A DNA stretch of 12,992 bases from Myxococcota bacterium (GTDB taxonomy: Bacteria > Myxococcota_A > UBA796 > GCA-2862545), in assembly GCA_039208735.1 (NCBI GenBank), contig JBCCQY010000212.1, positions 1-12,992 of the forward strand. Reading direction: 5' to 3'. The stretch's first letter is position 1, and every line of letters starts with the position of its first letter. The position numbers and the translations under genes are program-made. Below are positions 8,389 to 12,992 of the stretch, in pieces. The notes beneath the pieces were generated by a model. It was given only the letters and a program-made list of their open reading frames with translations. It was not told where the DNA came from and did not search any database.

Positions 8389-10197
8389 TCAGGTGCCCGA
8401 GCCAAGCCAGCGATCCAGGAGATCGCGGGTCGTGTCGTCGATCTCGTCGCGCAGGGTGAGGACCACGGTATCGCGTGGAGCGGCGCGTAGCATAACCGTC
8501 AGCGTGTGCAGCTCGTCGCGGCGGAAAACGTGGAGTACGACCTCGTCTCCCGGGGAGAGGCTCGCCACACGGTCGTGCAGGGTGGCGTCGGCCTTGAGGT
8601 GGTTCAGGGCGACGATCTGGTCGCCAGGGGCGACACCGGCATGCATGGCTGGACTGTCGTCGAGCACGAACCGCACCGTGGGGTCGCCCGGGCGCAGGAG
8701 CACGCCGAGGTCTCCACGATCGGCCCAGTCGGCCTCCTTCGCCTTGCCCGGCTTTCCTCCGCGGTCCTTGGTGCCCTCGCGGGGGCGCAGCGCCGCGTCG
8801 ATCCCGGCCCGGTCGAGCAGGCCGATGAGTCGCTCCCACAGGGCATCGCCGATCCCGTGCAGCGCCTCGTCGAAGAACGCTCGCAGGTCCAGGTCGGTCA
8901 GCTCGGCGACCACCGCCGGGATGCCGTCCTCCGGGACCCCCTTGCCCGTTTCTCCGAACCGCGCGTACAGGGCCCGCATCACGTCATCCAGCGAGCTGCC
9001 CCCATCCAGGCGAAGGGTGAGGTCCAGGGCCAGCGCCACCATGCAACCCTTGGTGTAGTAGCTGACGATGGCGTTGGGCGCGTCCTCGTCCTGCTTGTAG
9101 AACTTGGTCCACGCGTCTAAGCTGCTCTCGGCCACCGACTGCACGTGCCGGCCGGGTCGCCGCATCACGTCCGTCAGCTTGCGGCCCATCAGCTCGAGCC
9201 AGCTGTCGCGATCGATGCGCCCGGAGCGCACCAGGCCGAGCGGCTCGTAGTACGAGGTGATGCCCTCGAAGGCCCACAGCAGCGTGGTCGGGGACTCCTG
9301 CGACAGGTCGAACGGAGTGAACCGCGCTGGCTTGATGCGCTTGACGTTCCACAGGTGGAAGTACTCGTGGGACGCCAGCGCGAGCAGGGTCCGGTAGCCG
9401 TCACTGACGCTGTCGTCTCCCTTGCGGGGTAGGTCGTCGCGGCTGCAGATCAGGCTCGTGCTCGTGCGATGCTCCAGCCCGCCGTAGCCGCTGCCCACGA
9501 CCATGATCTGGAACAGGTAGCGGTCGAGGTCGGTCGGCGTGCCCATCCGCGCCAGGTGTTCCTCACAGATCGCCGTCAGGTCGACGCACAGGCGCTCGAG
9601 GTCCACGTCGAACACGCCGGTGAGCGCGACCTCGTGGGGCAACCCGCCAGCCTCGAACCGAGCGTGCACGAACGTGCCCATCTCGACCGGACAGTCGATG
9701 AGTTCGTCGTAGTCCTTCGCCTGGAAGAGCCCGAACCCGAGCTCCTCGCCATTCACGCAGGGCAGGGTAGTGGCGACGCGCCAGGCGGCGAAGCGGTCTC
9801 CGTCCGGCGGAGCGAGTTCCACGTCGCAGGGCGATGCATCTGCGCCGTGGACTCGCAGGAACACCGACGTGCCGTTGAAGTACCCGTGGGTCGCATCCAG
9901 GTGGGCCTTGCGGACCGAGAGGTCCCAGGCGTGGACGGTGTACCGCACCTGGATGGGGCCCTCGGCCGGGGCGAGGGCCCAGGTCTGCTTGTCGCGCTTG
10001 GTCACACGGACCGGCTGGCCCGCGGAGGACGCCTCCAGAGCGACGACGTGCTTCGCGAAGTCGCGGATCATGTACGAGCCCGGAATCCACGCGGGCAGGG
10101 ACAAAACCTGGCCATCGGGGGATGGCGCCGCGATGTCGAGCACGACATCGAACTTGTGCGCCGTGGGGCGGGGGGTCACAGTGTAGCGGACGTCCAT
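8389..10197 (-). CDS. M61 family metallopeptidase (glycyl aminopeptidase-like) with C-terminal PDZ domain
   Basis: LPAWIPGSYMIRDF, GGLEH, zinc motif HEYFHLWNVKRIKP, LLWAFEGITSYY, SYYTKG and PDZ signature SPAMHAGVAPGDQIVALN. GAGAGG RBS before ATG 10197. Confidence 0.95.
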   Translation of the reverse strand: MDVRYTVTPRPTAHKFDVVLDIAAPSPDGQVLSLPAWIPGSYMIRDFAKHVVALEASSAGQPVRVTKRDKQTWALAPAEGPIQVRYTVHAWDLSVRKAHLDATHGYFNGTSVFLRVHGADASPCDVELAPPDGDRFAAWRVATTLPCVNGEELGFGLFQAKDYDELIDCPVEMGTFVHARFEAGGLPHEVALTGVFDVDLERLCVDLTAICEEHLARMGTPTDLDRYLFQIMVVGSGYGGLEHRTSTSLICSRDDLPRKGDDSVSDGYRTLLALASHEYFHLWNVKRIKPARFTPFDLSQESPTTLLWAFEGITSYYEPLGLVRSGRIDRDSWLELMGRKLTDVMRRPGRHVQSVAESSLDAWTKFYKQDEDAPNAIVSYYTKGCMVALALDLTLRLDGGSSLDDVMRALYARFGETGKGVPEDGIPAVVAELTDLDLRAFFDEALHGIGDALWERLIGLLDRAGIDAALRPREGTKDRGGKPGKAKEADWADRGDLGVLLRPGDPTVRFVLDDSPAMHAGVAPGDQIVALNHLKADATLHDRVASLSPGDEVVLHVFRRDELHTLTVMLRAAPRDTVVLTLRDEIDDTTRDLLDRWLGSGT

Positions 10198-10396
10198 GAG
10201 GGCCTCTCGAAGTCGCGATGCGTAACCCGAACCTGCGTCCCGCGGCGCCCGGGTTGGGACGAAGCAAACCCGGCGCTGCGCTCGACGTGCAGCACTGGTG
10301 CACCTTGTCGCACCTCGGGGCGTTCGAGCGCTATGGAACGGGTTGGTTGTGCGACGTATCGCGTGCACGGTCGGTTCTACGTCTGCGGAGGGCCCC

Positions 10397-10552
10397 TTGG
10401 TGCATGGTCTCATCGTCCTCGGCTCGGCGGTCGCGCTCGGTACAGCGCGAAGGGCCCGCTGCTGAGCCAGGAGTTCGACGTGGGGATCGACGGCGTGGTG
10501 GACGCGACCTTCGACGTTTCGTACACCGACGAGGAGCGCACCGAGGTCCTAA
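10397..10552 (+). pseudogene. Fragment of a secreted protein (signal peptide plus acidic repeat fragment)
   Basis: GGAGG then (T/G)TG-HGLIVLGSAVALG. In another frame, EFDVGIDGVVDATFDVSYTD follows. It ends abruptly against the truncated NADAR gene. Confidence 0.3.
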
Positions 10553-10847
10553 GGTCGCGAAGGTCATCGTGCTGGGTGAACTTCGCGCGGTTGGCGGCGA
10601 GCATGACCTCGAACTTTATCCCGTCTCAACCGCGGCGCAGTCGAACCAGGCGACCCAGCTCCTTCGCGCGACGCGGCGTCGGGGCCTTGCGGATCCGCTC
10701 GCGCTCCCGTTTGTCCTTGGTTTTCTGAGCCATGAAGTAGTGCTCCGTGGTCGGCGAGGACTTCCCGTCGAGCTCGATGAGCGCCGGCCACCAGTTCGAG
10801 AACTCTCCGTAGGCGTCGGACTCCGCGTAAAAGAGAACCGGGTTCAT
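10552..10847 (-). pseudogene. NADAR (YbiA-like) family protein, with an internal stop and truncated
   Basis: FY...YGEFSNWW...PTTEHYFMAQK...AKELGR. TGA at 10628-10626 sits where the family has Trp. The frame resumes DGIKFEVMLAANRAKFTQHDDLRDL, but the C-terminal LVEAS..D..WG motif is missing. Confidence 0.85.
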
Positions 10848-11231
10848 GTGGTCTTGCCAGGCAGATCGTAGAGGCCCATCTTCTCGCCGAGCTGGGTGAA
10901 CTCGTTCGCGACGGCGTGCATCAAGCGGCCTGGTCGGCCGACATGGTCGACGTCACCCAGCGGCGAGCATCATCTGCCGACACGGGCACCTCGGCGACAT
11001 CGCCAAAGAGGACCTGGGTCCAGCACCGATCGGTGGGTCCTCGAACGCCGTCTCCGCTTCCAGCAACTCGCTCACCAATTCGTCCAGTCGGCGCATTCCC
11101 TCTGTTGGCCCCTCCGTGGAGGCACTCGGCACAAACCCGACGGCACCGTCATCGACCATGAACCCGAGCACACCACGCCCACCGGTGATTGGAGCAGTCA
11201 CAAGATAGACGGGACGGAATCGGGCGGTCAT
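10844..11231 (-). pseudogene. Frameshifted hypothetical protein, tentatively DUF3037-like
   Basis: GGAG RBS and MTARFRPVYLVTAPITGGRGVLGFMVDD. Later segments lie in other frames (GDVAEVPVSADDARRWV; LMHAVANEFTQLGEKMGLYDLPGKTT*). The final TGA overlaps the NADAR ATG (ATGA). Confidence 0.4.
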
Positions 11232-11550
11232 CTGAGACTCTCCACAATCTGAAGATAACCCGCGAGTAGGTTGTCCAGGGCCCTCCGCTGTCGCAGTACC
11301 AGCTCCAACCGCATGTCGTGGCGAGGCTCGATAGTACAAGCGGAGAGCGCACCGCGTAGCCAACGGCTCCCAAGGGCATCTGGAAGGCGATGTCGGCCGC
11401 GCGTTGTGCTTTGTCAAGGCCACAAAAACCGGAAGTCTGCTTGCATAGTTGTGCGTCGAAGAGCAGCCGAGTCGTCGGTTTGCCAGGTACCGGGATCGAA
11501 GAGCCCCCACCAGATGCTCACCCCAGTGCGCCTGGTGCATTAGCTTCCAA
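11228..11550 (-). pseudogene. Degraded 3' end of an upstream gene, tentatively a HipA-like kinase
   Basis: Frame ...LELVLRQRRALDNLLAGYLQIVESLR* ends in an ATGA overlap with the next gene. Other protein-like pieces (STHNYA, KAQRAADIAFQMP) lie in other frames. The family guess rests on context only. Confidence 0.25.
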
Positions 11551-11578
11551 TGGGTGCATGCGGCGTCGCGATTGCGGT

Positions 11579-11927
11579 TCAGATGCCGAGCCAACGACGG
11601 CCCGTCCGGCAGCCCTCCAGGGCCCGCACCCTCTCGAAGAACCGCCGCAGCGCGCCCTTCAGGTACTGCTTCGTGCCCCGAGCCAGCTGCTTCCGACCAG
11701 CTACTCGGCGGCACCTCCTCGATGTCCGGCTGTACTGTTGGTCCAGCGCATCCCGAATCGCCACCGCGACCGGAGCCACCTCGAGTTCAGTCCCCACCGT
11801 GCACGACCGCGCCCGTCGCACGGCCCCCGTCGGCCGTCTCGTGCAGCTCCCGCCACCGCAGCTTGAACCCACCACGGTACGGCGCGTAGTTCACGTCCTT
11901 GATCCCCGGAATGCTCGCCATGCCCAT
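11579..11927 (-). pseudogene. N-terminal remnant of a probable tyrosine integrase
   Basis: AAGGAG RBS, then MASI...YRGGFKLRWRE..ADGG / (frameshift) VRRARSCTVGTELEVAPVAVAIRDAL, like an arm-binding domain. This is followed by LARGTKQYLKGALRRFFE, like a core-binding helix. Confidence 0.5.
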
Positions 11928-12154
11928 CTCCATCTCCTTGATGGGAGAAGGCTAGAGAGGTGTGTCTCCGAGTGTATCCTGATCGAGTTCGCGATCGCGA
12001 AAACGGAGGTTCAAAGAGATTCTAGACGTTGAAGCGAAAGAGGGTGCGCCGAATCGGATGTCCCCATTCTAATGATTCGAGCTTGGTCTACGTAGCATGG
12101 GCCCGTGATCGGAATGGACTCGAGCGGACAGTAGAAGGATGGATTTGACGGGTG

Positions 12155-12174
12155 CTGTTACCGCTCTGTTACCG
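12155..12174. repeat. Tandem 9-bp direct repeat CTGTTACCG, 11-bp period
   Basis: Copies at 12155-12163 and 12166-12174. Confidence 0.5.
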
Positions 12175-12226
12175 GCGCGCTGCAAGGTGACGTAGTGGTC
12201 CCGGACGACGGGGGCCATCTGATCAG

Positions 12227-12992
12227 GTTCCAATCCCTGCTGGTTTTCGAAGCCGGTTCTCGGCTCCCGCATCGCCCACGTCTCCGACCCGTACTCATGG
12301 TTTCAATCCCTGCTGGGTTTCGAAGCCGGTTCTCGGCGCGCGCAAGCGGTCCATCCGATTGGGACACCTATCATCGTTTCAATCCCTGCTGGGTTTCGAA
12401 GCCGCTCGGTCCGGTACAGGCTGAAGCTCAGCGGACGCGCCTCGTGTTTCAATCCCTGCTGGTTTTCGAAGCCGGTTCTCGGTACGGTGCTCCAGGGAGA
12501 CACTGTTCTCCGCGGCGACAGTTCCAATCCCTACTGGGTTTCGAAGCCGGTTCTCGGTGCGCAACCAGCTGCAAAAGACGATGGGCCAAGGGCTGTTTCA
12601 ATCCCTGCTGGGTTTCGAAGCCGATTCTCGACTCGTCAGCCAAGGCACCTTGGGGGCATCCGCGGACGTTTCAATCCCTGCTGGGTTTCGAAGCCGATTC
12701 TCGGTGCGGTAGGTCTGCCCTTCCATGACGAGCTGGTGTTTCAATCCCTGCTGGGTTTCGAAGCCGATTCTCGGGTCGTGTACGCCCACAACGGCGGTAA
12801 ATTCGATTTCGTTTCAATCCCTGCTGGGTTTCGAAGCCGATTCTCGGACGAATTCGCGATCCGCTGGGGGGATCGCGACAATGTTTCAATCCCTGCTGGG
12901 TTTCGAAGCCGATTCTCGGCGGAGGGAGCACCGACCCCAACCAGTGGGGAGCGGAGTTTCAATCCCTGCTGGGTTTCGCAGCCGATTCTCGG
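12227..12992 (-). CRISPR. CRISPR array, 11 repeats / 10 spacers, running to the right edge
   Basis: 37-bp repeat GTTTCAATCCCTGCTGGGTTTCGAAGCCG(A/G)TTCTCGG starting at 12227, 12300, 12376 (34 bp, 3-nt deletion), 12446, 12521, 12595, 12668, 12738, 12811, 12883 and 12956. Unique spacers of 33-39 bp. The minus-strand repeat ends ATTGAAAC and the most degenerate copies are on the left, so the leader is inferred to be off-window to the right. Confidence 0.98.

Noticed and set aside
6774..8405. 543-aa minus-strand ORF
   Set aside because: Antisense shadow of trpF and the 7077-7508 gene, with no motifs. Such shadows are common in high-GC DNA.
10626..10628. TGA at a conserved Trp in NADAR (and an in-frame TGA in tetR) suggesting TGA recoding
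   Set aside because: trpF, M61, the cytochrome and the lipoprotein gene all end at TGA and use TGG for Trp. Both interrupted genes carry other lesions too.
9469..10728. 419-aa plus-strand ORF
   Set aside because: Mostly antisense to the M61 gene. Only the short stretch near 10440-10550 looks like a real fragment.
12030..12226. Possible tRNA/att site upstream of the integrase remnant
   Set aside because: I could not find a convincing T-loop GTTCRANTC motif or cloverleaf on either strand.
12414..12423. Spacer 3 shares GTACAGGCTG with the reverse complement near 6666-6675 (self-targeting?)
   Set aside because: Only 10 nt and the flanks do not match, which is expected by chance.
12195..12962. 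ORFs with repeating FQSLL / RIGFETQQGLK peptides
   Set aside because: Translation artefacts of the CRISPR repeats.

Overview
GC-rich bacterial window, probably from a Myxococcota-type organism (inferred from a MYXO-CTERM-like tail, lipoproteins and a multiheme cytochrome). It is a mosaic of intact genes and decayed accessory DNA. Intact genes: a DUF1330-like protein, a lipoprotein multiheme cytochrome c (7 CxxCH + 2 Cx4CH), a thrombospondin-3-repeat surface protein, a hypothetical lipoprotein, a probable immunity protein, an orphan TrpF and an M61 peptidase with a PDZ domain. Broken pieces: a TetR/histidine-kinase chimera, two tyrosine-integrase halves, a toxin tip cut by an ISKra4-like remnant, and a coupled three-gene remnant ending in NADAR. 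The right end holds an 11-repeat CRISPR array that runs to the window edge, with no cas genes in view. The most striking signal is spacer 8, which translates to VVYAHNGGKFDF, the Exo II motif of protein-primed family B DNA polymerases (PRD1/tectivirus-like). All family assignments come from motif recognition by eye; no searches were run.
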